Notes under the pieces: generated by a model
Databases searched by the model: none
What the model was told of the DNA's origin: nothing
Seen by the model: only the letters and a program-made list of their open reading frames with translations
Assembly: GCF_036321535.1 (NCBI RefSeq)
Contig: NC_087437.1
Coordinates: 41,728,001-41,792,000, forward strand
Source: Camelus dromedarius
Lineage: Eukaryota
DNA length: 64,000 nucleotides
Reading direction: 5' to 3'
Shown: positions 26,096 through 39,079 of the stretch, piece by piece
Position numbering within the stretch: position 1 is the stretch's first letter
Layout of the letters: the number at the start of each line of letters is the position of its first letter
Position numbers and translations under genes: made by a program

Positions 26096-28184
26096 AAGAC
26101 TATGCAGGGTGCTGACCAGGGTACGAAGTGAAAAGAATTTGGGAAATGAAACCTCTTTTTTTAATTGAATTGAATTTTTTAACTGACGTATAATAGATTT
26201 ACAATGTTGTGTTAGTTTCTGGTGTATGGGAAATGAAATCTTAGGAGTCAGTCCACAAAACAGAGATGATACAGAAAGTAAACACCACAAAGAAGTTTTA
26301 ACAGGTTCAACTCACCAGGCTAAGGACAAAAAAGAAAATCATCTCACCTCTTTGGGTCTCTTAAGTTTTCTCATCTATAAAAACCAAAGAGTCAAAATTA
26401 ATTGTAAGGTCCCTTTAGCGCCAAAATTCTGGGGCTGAAAGAAATATGTGCCAGGGTTAAAAGTGAATGTAAAGCTGCAAACTCTCACATGCTTTGTTTG
26501 GCAAATATCACGAGCAAGATAAGCTCAAAGTTGAATTATGACTGCAGATAGGGAGATAGCAGAGATAGCAAACAACAGGAGGCAAAATATGGAGCTTGGC
26601 CGTAAATAGGAGAAAATCTCTAAGTGGAACGGACAGCCTGAGCTGGAGGGAGCCAGGGTGGAGATCTGTAAAGCAAGACTGGACTGAGTGCACTGCAAGT
26701 CTTAGACCCATCCATCAACGAGGATTTTATTCTACTCAGGTTACTTTATTTGTTAAGGGACTCTTAAGGGGGCGCCTGAGATAACACGGCCAAGGATTAC
26801 AAGCCACACTAAGTATAGTAGACTGCGAAAATACCCTAGCATCTAGCTCTATAGGCCTAGTGGAGGAAGGGCATCTGTAAGGAGAGACTGCTTAGAAAAT
26901 ATTTTAAGAATGCTCTGAGGTTCAGCTTCAAACGGTAGGTTCTGGCTGAGGATTGTGAAGAAACAGCAGCTACAGGCAGCCTGGGGATGATAACCAGAAT
27001 GGAGATACTCTCTTTAAGCAGAGACTTTGGACAACCACCACTTGGGAGGCGGATTGCCAAACTATTGCAAAAAATCACTTTGGCTACAAACCGAAGAAGA
27101 ATCTTTACACATCCTCAAGACATAAACAACACTTTGGTGTAGTAGAAAGATTTCTCACATGACTCATTTCTCCCAAGAGATAAAGGAGTGATGTATTCCC
27201 TTCTACAATGAGAACTAGGCAAAGACCACAGCAGTGCCATTTTGCCTTGATTGCCAGGAAACTGGAGACAGAATTTAGATTTGATTTCAGGACTTACATT
27301 TAAATCTCTAATTCCCTATTTTTAACATCTTAACCTCTCCCTCGATCTTTTGCTCTTAACAATTTTGCTATATATTTCTTTCATTATGTGCCACCTCATT
27401 CATTCATTTATTTCACAGATATTTATTAAGCACTTACTATGTGCCAAGCATATCAAGTCGTTTTAGAGGGCAGGTGGAATGTGCCTCTGGCCCAGTAGGC
27501 AGGAGACTCTGTCTCTGGCTTGTGCTGTGTTTAGGTCTTGGGCTTGATGTTTACACGTGGGATACAGTTCAGGCATTTTCCAGACGAAGAAGAGTTCTGG
27601 GGTATATAGCTGGTTTTCCTAATAACTCATCTCATCTCCATCTCAGTTAAGACTGGATTTTTCCCCTGAGGGTCTTTGATCCTACAGCTGCAGACATTCT
27701 GGCACCAGGGAGCCTTAAAGGTCAAGGCTCCAGGGCATACAAAGGTCGATGAAATCAGGGGACATCTTAGCAACCGCTGAGAAGCCGTGGGGGTGAGCAT
27801 GATGGCTTCCGAGATGGATGGATGATGTCATTTGTGATATAAATAAGTGTGTGCTTACTAAGCTCTGACTGAGATCCAACAGGTGTGTTCCAGAACAGTG
27901 CTGTTTGGAAGAGACCCTCGAGGAAAAACAGTCAATAAACTCTGTGCTTCCTTTAATCCGTGAAGTCCCCTTTTTAAACTTCTGGCGCCTCAAAATTAAG
28001 CATCAAGGGATACGAAGGCGAGAGTGTGGACTCGAACCTCAGTTGCTTCATCTGTAGAATAAAGGAGCTGAACTCACTAGTCCTCTAGCTCCTTCTAGCT
28101 CTAATCGTACGCCACTTTACGACCATCATTTCCACGTCCAGCTCTTTGGCTCCACCACTCCATACAGATAGTCATCATCAGTTC

Positions 28185-28351
28185 TTTTTTTAAATTTTTA
28201 TTTTATGTTAAAAAAATTTTTTTGTTTATTTTGGGGGAGGGGAGATAATTTGGGTTTTATTTATTTATTTATTTTAATGGAGGTACTGGGGAGTGAACCC
28301 AGGACTCCGTGCATGCTAAGCACATGCTCTACCACTGAGCTATACTCTCCC
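28185..28351 (-). mobile_element. tRNA-derived SINE, camelid Vic-1-like
   Basis: atggaggtactggggagtgaacccaggactccgtgcatgctaagcacatgctctaccactgagctatactctccc; same family as 16497-16671. Confidence 0.88.
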
Positions 28352-28999
28352 GCACTGTCTCTTCAAATACAACGAAAAACAATATGCAAACAAGTACAGT
28401 GGCAACATTTGTATAATGGCAATACGGAAGGACAAGATTGAGATCTACTTAAGGATTATTGGGTTATTACAGCAAAGACTTACCAGAAGTGGTTATTACT
28501 TTTCAGGATAAATTACTTCCTTCATAGCATATCCAAATCCATGGCAAACTGTGTTTACCCAGAGTACTAATATATATGTGTAAATACACTCGTATTCACA
28601 TATTGCTTAGCAGAGTGATGTGTATATAATAAACATGAAAAGTATCTGAATAACTTTTGAACTTAAGAAATGGTTTACAAGCACTTTTATTTCAGATCAG
28701 TGACTCACATATAGAACAATATCTGAGAGTATAAAACACACAGATATAGAGAAGACACAACTCCTGCCTAAAAAGAATTTATAATTTAGTGTTAAAGCTT
28801 TAAAATGTAGCCTGCATTGTGTGCAAAACAATTTTAATAGGTTCAGTGGTATTTAAAAGATGTCATATGAAAGCTCTAAGCTTATTTACAGTGAAATATC
28901 AATATTGGATACCACTCACTATGCTAAATGCCAAGTATACAAAAAGATAGCAATGTCCCTGCACTTTATAGCCCTATAATCTGATAAAAATGATACATA

Positions 29000-30040
29000 T
29001 TCATTCATTCATTCATTCTGCAATTATTGAATACTAACTATGAGGAAAGCACTGTGATAGGCTCCTTTTTCCTCTGAAGACAGAGGCATGATTTCTTAAT
29101 GGTTCCTGCCTTTAAAGATCTTAAAATTTAGTGGAGTCACAAAACAGCTAACAGAGTGGAATGGAAAAGAAGTATCAGTAAAGGGCTACAGAGGACACTA
29201 AAGGATAGAATAACTATGGCCAGAGATTAGGAAAGGCTTCATAATGGAGGTGGCCCTAGAGCAAGACATGGAAAGATGAATAGTTTCTTAATGGTGGAGA
29301 CAAGGGGTGAATTTCATCTCAGAAAGAGAGATCAGCGAGAACAAAGGCACAGAGGCATGAAAATTAATGCATGTCCTGGAAATAGCAAGTAGGCTGGTGT
29401 GGCTGGAGCGTAGGCTACAAAAAAGGTAGGTGGAGATGAGGCCAGGAAGTTAAGATGGAGCCAACACATCGGGGGGCCTCCAATGCCCCATTAAACCTAC
29501 TGATTCTACCAGTTAAAATAGGGAGCTGGTAGAAATTCTGAAGACAAGAACAAATAAGAGGTTGGGTACATAATCAATTTCAAACAAATAACTTCTGAAA
29601 TAAACTATTGCCAAGGAGCCATCAAGTATAGTAGAGAGAAAACGTCTTCTAAGTTAGGAGACCAACATTTTGGGGCAACATGGCAACAAGAGGAAGTCTT
29701 GTGAGGGATGCAGTGATAACGTTCACATAGCCAAGTCCAACACATTCTTTAGATCTCAAAGTGACCATTCCTTCCTCAGGGAAGCCTCCCTGCACCTGGG
29801 TTGAATCAGTCTCTCTGTTGTGGAACTGCAGAGATCCTTGTATCTTACCTTTGTAACACTTAGCAGAGTTTGTAATTATATACCTACCCGCATTCAGTTA
29901 ACATGCGTGCCCCTCATTGGGCTGTAAGCTCCCTAAGGGCAGGAATTATCTTTCTGTTTTGCTCTTCAGTTTTACTGTAGGTGACCCAATATGTTTGACC
30001 CAGAGTAGGAACTAAAATATTTGATGAATGAGTGAAAGAA
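29000..30040. mobile_element. L2 LINE fragments
   Basis: (ttca)n start, aggaaaggcttc...ggaggtgg, and later ccttcctcagggaagcctccctg...ctgtaagctccctaagggcagg. Confidence 0.6.
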
Positions 30041-30104
30041 ACATGGGAATGGACACACCGTTGGAGAAGAATAATGAGAAATAAAATTTGGGACCCTATA
30101 AGTA

Positions 30105-30620
30105 GATGTGCTGATTTTAAAATATGACTGCCAAATTCTTTGACACTGTCCTTATCAAAAGGTGGGATCTATATACTTTACCCCTGAATCTGGGCAGTCT
30201 TGTGACAAATAGGATGTGGTGAAGATGATGGCACACAATTTCCAAGGCTAGGTTGGAACTACTTGGTTCTCTTATTAAGCCTGCTCTAGGAAAAGCCAGC
30301 TACCATGAAAGAAGTTTGACCACCCTGAGACCAGCAGGCTGGAAAAGCCACTATGCTAGACAAGCTCTGTGCAGGGGTTCTAGTCTACAGACTGGGCTTA
30401 TCTCTGCCAAGAGATGTGAGTGAAATTATCCTGAATCTTTCACGCTATCTCATCTACCAGCTGAGCACCTTTGAGTGACCTAGCAATTGCCTCAAAAAGC
30501 AAAAGAATTGCCCAGCTGCCTGAATATCTGACTTAAACAGTCTGTTTGTACAATAAAATGGTTATTGTTTTAGGTCAGTCAATGCAGGATAATTTGTTAC
30601 ACAGCAAGTAACTAAGACAT
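30105..30620 (+). mobile_element. MLT1 (F/H-like) MaLR LTR
   Basis: ccaaattctttgacact...cccctgaatctgggc...ataaaatggttattgttttag...tttgttacacagcaagtaactaagaca. Confidence 0.7.
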
Positions 30621-31899
30621 CAGCCAAGGTCTCAATAGAATCCTCCCCAATAACCCCCTGTTAACAGCTGAGAAAACTGAGATCCAGAAAGATTAACTAA
30701 TTTATCCATGGTTCTAAATTGGTAGCAGTAAAGCAAGTCTTAGGAACCAGTCTTCTGACCCTCAGGCCGTTGCCTCTTTCTTTTTCATATATAATAACAA
30801 CACATGAAGAAAATTTATGTATAATTATATGAAGGGTCCAAAGAACCACTCTTTGGTCATGCCACAATTTTATCCTCATTGATGCTTTATTCCCACTGAT
30901 AATTAAATGGATTAGTCAGACTCCTTGATATATAAACAAAAAATGAACTGTGGTCTTAAATGTGTAGAGCTTACAAACGCTGTGGATGATTTGGACATTT
31001 GAATGCAACTACCTCCCAATTAGAGGAAGAAGCATGCTCAGGTGGCCAAAACTCAATCACAGTTCTTCTTAAGTTTGTGGCACTCAAATTTTTAGCTGAC
31101 TAGGTTTTCAACACTGTCAGCTCCAAAGTCACTAAAAGATCTTTTCTGCTGAGAGAAAAATGCCTCCTCTGTTAATATCAACCTTCTCCTCCTCAGAACA
31201 TTTGCTTGCTGGTGATTTATTGTGGACAAGCTGCTTCCTGCTCCTTTTGAAAGTTAGATTTTTTTTTTTTTTCAATTCGGCAAGTGGCAGAGGAATTCCT
31301 CATCTTTTGTCCTCAGGGCAATTTAGTTAAGGCTAGTCTTCAGGAGAGAGTTTGGGTATGTACAACCCACAAACTGATGCTGCCTGACACCACACAAAAC
31401 AGAAAAGGAGCTTGTTGCTGTGTCTGATGTCAACTGGGAGCCAATCCAAAAACAAATAAGGAAGACCAACTCATGCGGTATGCCTGGGAAAGAGGTCTTT
31501 TTAGATTTTAAAAACCTGGCAATTATATCGTAAAGATGGCAAGTTTTTCCTTAAAAAAGATCAAAGGTATTATCTTTTTGTTAGTGGCAATGCCGTGATT
31601 TGTTTTAAAGACTCCATTTGAGGAAAAAAAAAACAACTTAACAATCTAATGTGCATGCATTCCATAACTACATCTCAAAGAAAACTATGTGCACATAACT
31701 CAAAAGTTAATGTTTATCTTACTACAGTTTTCCTATTCCTAGAGTGAAACCCGTCAACAATCAAATAAAAGACAAGTGTTAAATTCAGTTCAGTTCAGAA
31801 GTTCTCAGAATCACAGTTCACAGATTTTGACAAATGTTCATTTCTTTAAAATCCCACTGTAATGCAGAAGGTACTTGTGGAGAGCATGTGTACCTGGCT

Positions 31900-32260
31900 C
31901 CAGGTGATGTTAGACTGATCTGAGTTGTACTGGCAGAACACCCAACACAAACTAGTTTTAACAAAAAGTGGGGTTGATTGGCTTACGAACCAGAAAAGTG
32001 CAGACGTAGAACTTGCTTCAGGCACAGCTAAAAGGGGAACTCTGTCTCTAGACTCTGTCTCCCTGTCCCTCTCTTTCTGTTTTCCTCAGTGTTGGCACTT
32101 TCTTGTGCAGGCTCAGCCCATGTAATGGAAAAGATGGCCACTGGCAGGGCTCAGCTTACATTCGGCCAACTTCCAAACCCAGCCCAAGAATTTCTGGGTC
32201 ACTCCAGACACAGTCCGGGGGCTGATTCCACCTAGTCCCTCTTGAGTCACATGCCCACCC
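31900..32260 (-). mobile_element. Old MLT1 (K/L-like) MaLR LTR
   Basis: tggcagaacacccaacacaaactagttt...gcttcaggcacagct...aagatggccactggcag...agtcacatgcccaccctt. Confidence 0.5.
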
Positions 32261-32979
32261 TTGTGGAATTCTTCCTGGCCACACCTATAAAGTACTGATG
32301 ATATATTTTAGAATTTACCAAGAACTGTAGTGAGATTTCTAGCACAATTTATTTTTGGCTAAAACCTTTGCCCTAAAGAAAGGATATAGGATGACTTGCC
32401 AAGATATACAGCTAAGCTTTCCAGAAACACTGCCTTTCTCTTAAGCTATTTTCCCACACATAACTCACCTTCTTTTCCATCCCGAACTTACCAAAAGCAT
32501 CATCTACATTTGCTTATTCCCCCTTCTCGCCCTAACCCTCCTGCCGTCTAATCTCCCTTCTCTACTAAAGCGGCTTTCCCGACATCACTCGTCACCTCTC
32601 AACACCACATCCAAAGGCATCTTTGTTGGTGCTCCTCCTGCTTGTCCTCTCCAAGCATCAGACACTGTGGAGTCAGTTTTCTCAGACCTCTCTAGCCCTG
32701 CAGCGTGTGCTCCTTCTTTGCCTCTGATAGATTCTTCTTGGTTTTCCTCACCAGCTTCTGTTATATTCATCCTGCTCCCTAAATGTAGGTGTTCTCCAAA
32801 GTTCAGTCTTCAGTCTCAGTCTCCTTGTCTTCTCACCTTATAGTCTCTCTTTGGGCAACTCGCCTAGTTCCATGGCCTCAACTGTCTCCTCCCTGATGTC
32901 AGCTTTAGGATCTATAAGTCCAGTCTTCTCTCTTTTTTTAGGTGCTAGACAATAATTTTTAGTGTTCCTCTGCACTTGG

Positions 32980-33335
32980 ATGTCTTTCTTAAACTGTTCA
33001 GGCTACTATTACAGAATACCATAAACCTGTTGGCATATAAACAACAAGTCTGGAGGCTGAGAAGTCTAAGATCAAGTCACTGGCAGATTCCGTGTCTCGT
33101 GAAGACCCACTTCCTGGTTCACAGATGGGCCATCCTCTGTCTGTGTTCTCACATGGCAGAAAGGGTGAAGGAGCTCTCTGGGATCTCTTTTATAAAGGTA
33201 CTAATCCCATTCTTGGAGACTCCACCCTCATGACTTCTTCATTTCCCAAAGGCCCCACTTCCTAATACCATCGCATTGGGCAATAGAATTTCAACATATA
33301 AACCTGGGGGGACACAAACATTAAGTCTATAGCAA
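32980..33335 (-). mobile_element. MLT1A-like MaLR solo LTR
   Basis: caggctactattacagaataccataaac...ctggaggctgagaagtctaagatcaag...ccaaaggccccacttcctaatacc...gggggacacaaacattaagtctatagca. Confidence 0.82.
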
Positions 33336-36300
33336 TGTCCTTCCTTCATATTAAACTAGGCATTTTCAGAAGCAAATTTATTAATTCACCCCTTGTTGTA
33401 CTCTGTGCCCTAGAAACAATGTCACCATCACCAATATATGTATATACATTGATTCTTGGTGTAATTTGATCCATTGAACACATTAATTCTTTCTCCCATC
33501 CCATCCCAACTTCTCAGGTTATTATATTATTCTTGAGGTTCGTAAACCACTGACTGTAAGGTCGCAGCCTCCTTATGTTAAACACTCCCTCCCCCTGGTT
33601 TCCTGAAATCATTTTACTGGTAGGGAGGGAGTGGGGAAGGATCATTATGCCTCCTTATCACTAATCCTAGAGACTGAGTGGTGGCACTTCCTCCCTAACC
33701 AGCAATTTTAAGGCTTTGAGGAAATAACGGTAATTTGTGTCCACCAAAATAAAGTACCTCTGTCGTTCTCTTTTGGTCTTTTCAGCCCATCAGCATACAT
33801 CTATTCTTTATCATAATAAGTTTCATTCTCTTCCATGGTATTTTGTGGACATTTTTTTTCCCTTGGGTTTGTGGATTTCAGTACAGTTCAGGAAATAGAG
33901 CAAGTGCTGAGCAAAGAGTGGACCACGGCCTATGAGGTATGGGAGGATGTTCTCTTACTCCCCCAGGTGATGACCCACAAAGAGCTGGATGCAGCTCATG
34001 GAAGGGCCAAGGACGTGGCTCTGAATAAAACTGTCCAGTTCTTGTTTGATTTTTGTTTCCCATGAGCAGCGTGACCACATGCAATTCCCTTAACCATCCT
34101 GAGCTCAGTCTCTTTCATCGGCTCACTCAGGTACTAAAACCCTAGCATTATCTTGGGCTTTGTATTGGTATTATCATAGGCTTGTTGTGTAGAGCACTAC
34201 ATGCCAAGTGGTTGTCTCACTGCCTTTCACAGAAACAGCGCCTAATAAATGTCACCTATTATTATTTTCTGCTATAAATGCAGAAGTCCAACTAGGGCTT
34301 ATCCTAGAGGCTCTCGATAAAGGAGTTCAAAAAAAGGATACCAGAAGGTGAAAATGCTGGCTTTTATTAGTGTCCATATACCCAAATACCCCACCCTAAG
34401 TTGCCAGGTTTCTTCCTCAGCCTAAAGACATACTTTGAAAAAAGGAAAAATATTTTTAATATCAAGCTTTTTCCAGCGATATAGAATGGAATAAATAGGT
34501 AATAAACATACCAACCATGAAATAAAAAAGAAGTATATTCTATGGTTACATTCTCCTTGGATTATCATAGTGACGTTGCTTTGGAGTGTTACTTCCAAAA
34601 TGACTTTTTCATTTGCCTCTAAACCTCCTGGGGCAGGAAAGTCCTGCCCTTGGTGATGTGTAGGGGAAGAAAAGAGACTAATTATAGTCATCAAAAATAA
34701 GTCAATATTAATACTATAAAGACCGTTAGACTTTAATGGATATGTTAACAGAGACTGAAGGCCATATTTCTAAAGACTTGCCTTTATGCAGGCATAAGAC
34801 AAATGTAGCCATCAGAAGGGATGAAGACAACGCCTTTTATTTTCTCTTTCACATAAATTCTAAGAATTACTGTGAACTTATTTAACTAAGACGGGCATAA
34901 AGTCTTTTCTCAGAGAATGAAAGAGGTGGGCTACTTCAAATACGAGCACTCTTCTCTTCCCTAGAAGTAACTTTTGGATGACTTTGTGGTTTCCTCGATT
35001 TGATCTTTTTTTTTGTTTTCTTTCTCATATATCAGTGTTTGCAACCTCTACTTGATGAGTAGTTTCGAAGATGAGGCCAAAAGTATCTGAGCTCTGGAGA
35101 CCTTCCTAGATGCACAGGTCCTTCTAACGCATTTCTTGATACATAGAGAAGCAAAGGGAAGGTAAGAGTCACTCTCTACCCAGCTTTTCCAGAGTGCCAC
35201 CAGTGAGCGCATTCCTTGAAAGCCTGGGCAAGAGATTCTCGGCTAGTGGGCCTGAAGAGGCGGTGGGATTCCTCATCTCTGTTTAGCTTATGGGCAAAGA
35301 ATTTAAATACTTACAGGAGCTTGATATATTACTTCACCAACGATGCTGAAGTTAGAGGCATAGGACCCTGCTCCACATGCAGGCAAGCACCAAACTAATA
35401 ACTGGATCTATATGAGCAGAAATAGCAATTAACTTGGGCAAAAATCTATTTTATTGACAGTTGCACCCCTCCATTTGCAGTCTGTCTCCCAAGAGGAAAA
35501 CCAATCACAATACAAGAGGCAATCAGAGCAAAACAGCATCCCCCAAAATGGCGCTCTTTAGTTCTCGAAGAAGTGTCTATGATTCACCTAGATGGATCTA
35601 GAGAAGAAGAGCAGCGCTCCAGGTCATTCCAGGTCACTCCCTCAGTTCAAGAGTGCTAAGTTGGTAGGATGGGGTCCTGGTATTGGCCTCTAGAAACTCT
35701 GGTCAGGGGAAAGCCGACCACCCTCAGTCAGCAGTTGGAGCCCATTGCCCCTTCTCTCAATGCATAAAATTATCTCAAATAAAATGGAAAGAAAATAAAA
35801 AGTGTTTAGCAAAGGAGAATTTTATCATTCGCTTTCAAATTGGGGTTTTAACTATTTGAGTGCTAAAAAAAAAAAAAAAGTCCTATGTAGCTTTATACAC
35901 ACTTCTGTACCACAAAATTATTTTCTTCATTCACGAAGTTACATAAAACGTCCTTAATCAGTCTTAGTTTGTTAAGGCACTTTCTAATCGCTTAGCAAAT
36001 AAAAATCAGGAACTAAATACTTCTCCCACCCTACAAAGCAGTGTCTAATGGGCACCTCTGGGCTTCTGTTTTCCTTCAGAACTAGAAAGGAAGCAGGGAT
36101 AGTCTTTGTCACTGAGGAGTTGTGGAGCACTAATACTGGAGCATTACTAGTAACAGACTATCACATTTCAGGCAGGCCGCTTAACCTCTCTGCCCTTTCT
36201 CCATCTGGAAATTCAGAAGATAAGGAGCCCACATCAACAATACTATTTCAAAGGCAAACTGGTAAAAGATTGGAAAGCACTTTACAAATATTAAGTGCTC

Positions 36301-37704
36301 TGTAATTGCTGCTTGTTGTGACAAAGTCTATTTTCAGACCTGTCCAGGATACAAAAAAAAATACCCCTCTGACTTCTAATCTAAGCTGAACAGTTTGATC
36401 TGAACAAAAATACAGCAGGAAGGAAAATTAGTCCTAAGTACATCTTTGGCTACCGTGAAAAATGGTGCTTCTGGAGAGAAATCTGAAGAGGGAAATTTTG
36501 TTATGTTGATGGGATGTGGGTGGATGTGAAAGCAGAAATAATGCTCCTCAGCAACTGAGGCTTGCTTTCCTTCTAGCCAGCTCAACGCAGATCTCTTCAA
36601 AAATTCTCTTTTGTTAAAATATATCACCTGAAATGGATACTACAGCTGGGTGGATATTTTGTCTGTTAAATGTGAGGCATTACTACAAGAGCAGAAATGG
36701 AATTGTCCTCAACCTGAAGTCATTCCAATTTGAACCTTGAAGGATTTCAGTTCCCCATAAAGAAAAATGCCTTGTTTACTAAACCTTTGCTGTTCTTTTA
36801 GCCAACAAGGTGGTCTTGAAAAATACATTATTTTCTTAGCTGTTTAATTAATCAACAAATAATTATTGACCACCTACTACAATGTGTGAAGCACTGTGCT
36901 AAGCTCCTATAGGATAAAATTGGAAAGAAAAAAAAAAGATAGTAGTTCTTGCTTTTAAGAACCCTGAATCTAAAAAAAAAAAAAAAAAAAAACCAAAGCC
37001 TGAATCTAATTGGACAGATAAGACATACACACAGGATGAGATAAGTGGCACCACCAGCCTGTCATTGATATGGGCCAAATGGCCAGTTCAAATAGGGAGT
37101 GAGAGACCAAGGGGGCAAACTGCCCTGGGCTGGGGTGGTCAAGGAAGGCTTCTGAGGACGACTGTGATAAGACAAGGTCTTAGTGTACTGGGTGGGGCAG
37201 GTGGTGGGTAGGGGGTGGGGGTGGGTTGAGAAGAACTAATTTAAAGATGGCTGGTGAAGTAAATGAAATGAAGATTAAAATGCAAGCCATTTGTACCCAT
37301 TATTTTCTCTCCTCTCCCATCCTCCCCTCTCCCCTTCTCTCCACTCCCCTCCGCTCCTTTCTTCTCTCTCTTTCTCATGAACACACACACACACACATAA
37401 ACTATAACGGGAGAAAGTGCTCAGAGGTATGCACACCATACTTGGTGGTCTTTAAATATTAAATATTGTTCTTGTTTTTCCTCCCTCATCTCTCCATCCC
37501 TCTCCTTTCTTTCTCCCTCCTTGTCTTCCTTCCTTCTTTCCTTCAGCCCTGCCTGCTTAGGAGTTGGAGTACTGGTCACTTTCAACTGTCCTGGGACCCC
37601 ACCAAAAAAAAAAAAAAAATAGAAATTTTTGTGCCTGCTTCAGAGGAGTTCCAAGGCTTCCAGGTCTCAGAACCACAAAATCCTATCAACAAAGGACTTC
37701 AAAA

Positions 37705-37894
37705 CAAGATCCTACTGTATAGCACAGGGACATATGTTCAATAGCTTGTAATAAACTATAATGAAAAAGATTATGAAAAGGAATATACATATGTATAACT
37801 GAATCACTATGCTGTACACCAAAAACTAACACAACATTGTAAACCAACTACACTTTAATAAAAAAAAAATGTTTAAAAACACAAAAGCAAAAAA
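37705..37894 (+). mobile_element. Short 5'-truncated L1 3' end with poly(A) tail
   Basis: caagatcctactgtatagcacaggga...tgaatcactatgctgtacacc...aataaaaaaa. TSD aacaaagga(ct/gc)tcaaaa at 37688-37704 and 37895-37911. Confidence 0.85.
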
Positions 37895-38410
37895 AACAAA
37901 GGAGCTCAAAAAGCCATGTAGCTCAGATCCCTCTGAGACAAGCTCAAAACTGAGCCCTCGCAAACACTGGCATGATCTTCTGGCCTACTTCTAATGTGAC
38001 TTTAGTGCTGTCAGAAGAAAATATCTCTGGGGACCTTTCAAATTACTCTGTTCAGAAATTAGATCTGTCTTTCCGATTGCGATCTTTTTTTTTTTTTTTT
38101 TTTTGCCATTCCTTTTTTTGTATAAATGAGTTATTACACATCAGTGAAGTATTTTGGTAAAATGCTGATAGCACCGATTTGAAGATCTAATCTCACATTC
38201 ATGAGCGGGCTGCAGGTCAGCAGAAACCAGCTGCACACCTTGCGATCCTCTCCACTGGACCACGGGGAGGAGCAGGAGTGGAGGGGAAAAGGAAGGAAGG
38301 AAATGCCTTTGAACAAGGACGCCCCTGGGAAACCACCCAAGAAGTGTTTTGAGGGGCCAAAGAGCCCCTGTAGGTCATTTTAGATCCATGTAGCATTGCT
38401 CTTACAAATA

Positions 38411-39079
38411 CAGACCTGCCTTCTTTATTGTGCTTTGTAGATACTGTGTTTTATACAAACTGAAGGTTTGTGGCAACCCTGCATCCAGCAAGGCTATTGG
38501 CACCATTTTTCCAACAACATTTGCTTACTTCATGTGTCTGCGTCACATGTTGGTAATTCTCACAGTATTTCAAACTTTCTCATTTTCATTATATGTGCTA
38601 TGGCCATCTGTGATCAGAGATCTTGGATGTTACTATTGTGATTGTTCTGGAGCACCGTGGACCGTGCCCATATAAGGCAGTGGAACTTAATCCATAAATG
38701 TGTGTGTTCTGACTGCTCCACCAGCCAGCCATTCCCTTGTCCTTCCCCTTCCCCCTTGGCCTCCCTATCCCCTGAGACACAACAATATTGAAATTAGACC
38801 ACCCTGAGCACCCTGAGCAGTCAGCAGCCTTGGCAAGACCCTACACCAGCAACGCCAAAGGCTCAGATGATGTTTAGCATTTTTAGCAATAAAATATTTT
38901 TTAATTAAACTATGTACATTTTTCGACTTAATACTATTGTACCCTAGTAGAGCACAGTATGGTGGAAACATAACTTTTATATGGGCTGAAAAACCAATTC
39001 GTGTGGCTCACTTTACTGTAATATCTGATATTTTGAGGTAGTGGAAACCTGAACCCCCAATGTCTCCAAGGTATGCCTC
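38411..39079 (+). mobile_element. Internally deleted Tigger1 (Tc1/mariner) DNA transposon, Tigger1a-like
   Basis: TA flanks at 38409-38410 and 39080-39081. 5' end cagacctgccttcttttattgtgc...aaactgaaggtttgtggcaaccctgcatc; 3' end ...ctccaaggtatgcctc. No transposase ORF. Confidence 0.85.

Noticed and set aside
31003..31023. ATGCAACTACCT (MQLP), resembling the recalled human TMEM212 tail
   Set aside because: No AG acceptor in front, the frame stops after a few codons, and it lies beyond the probable poly(A) site.
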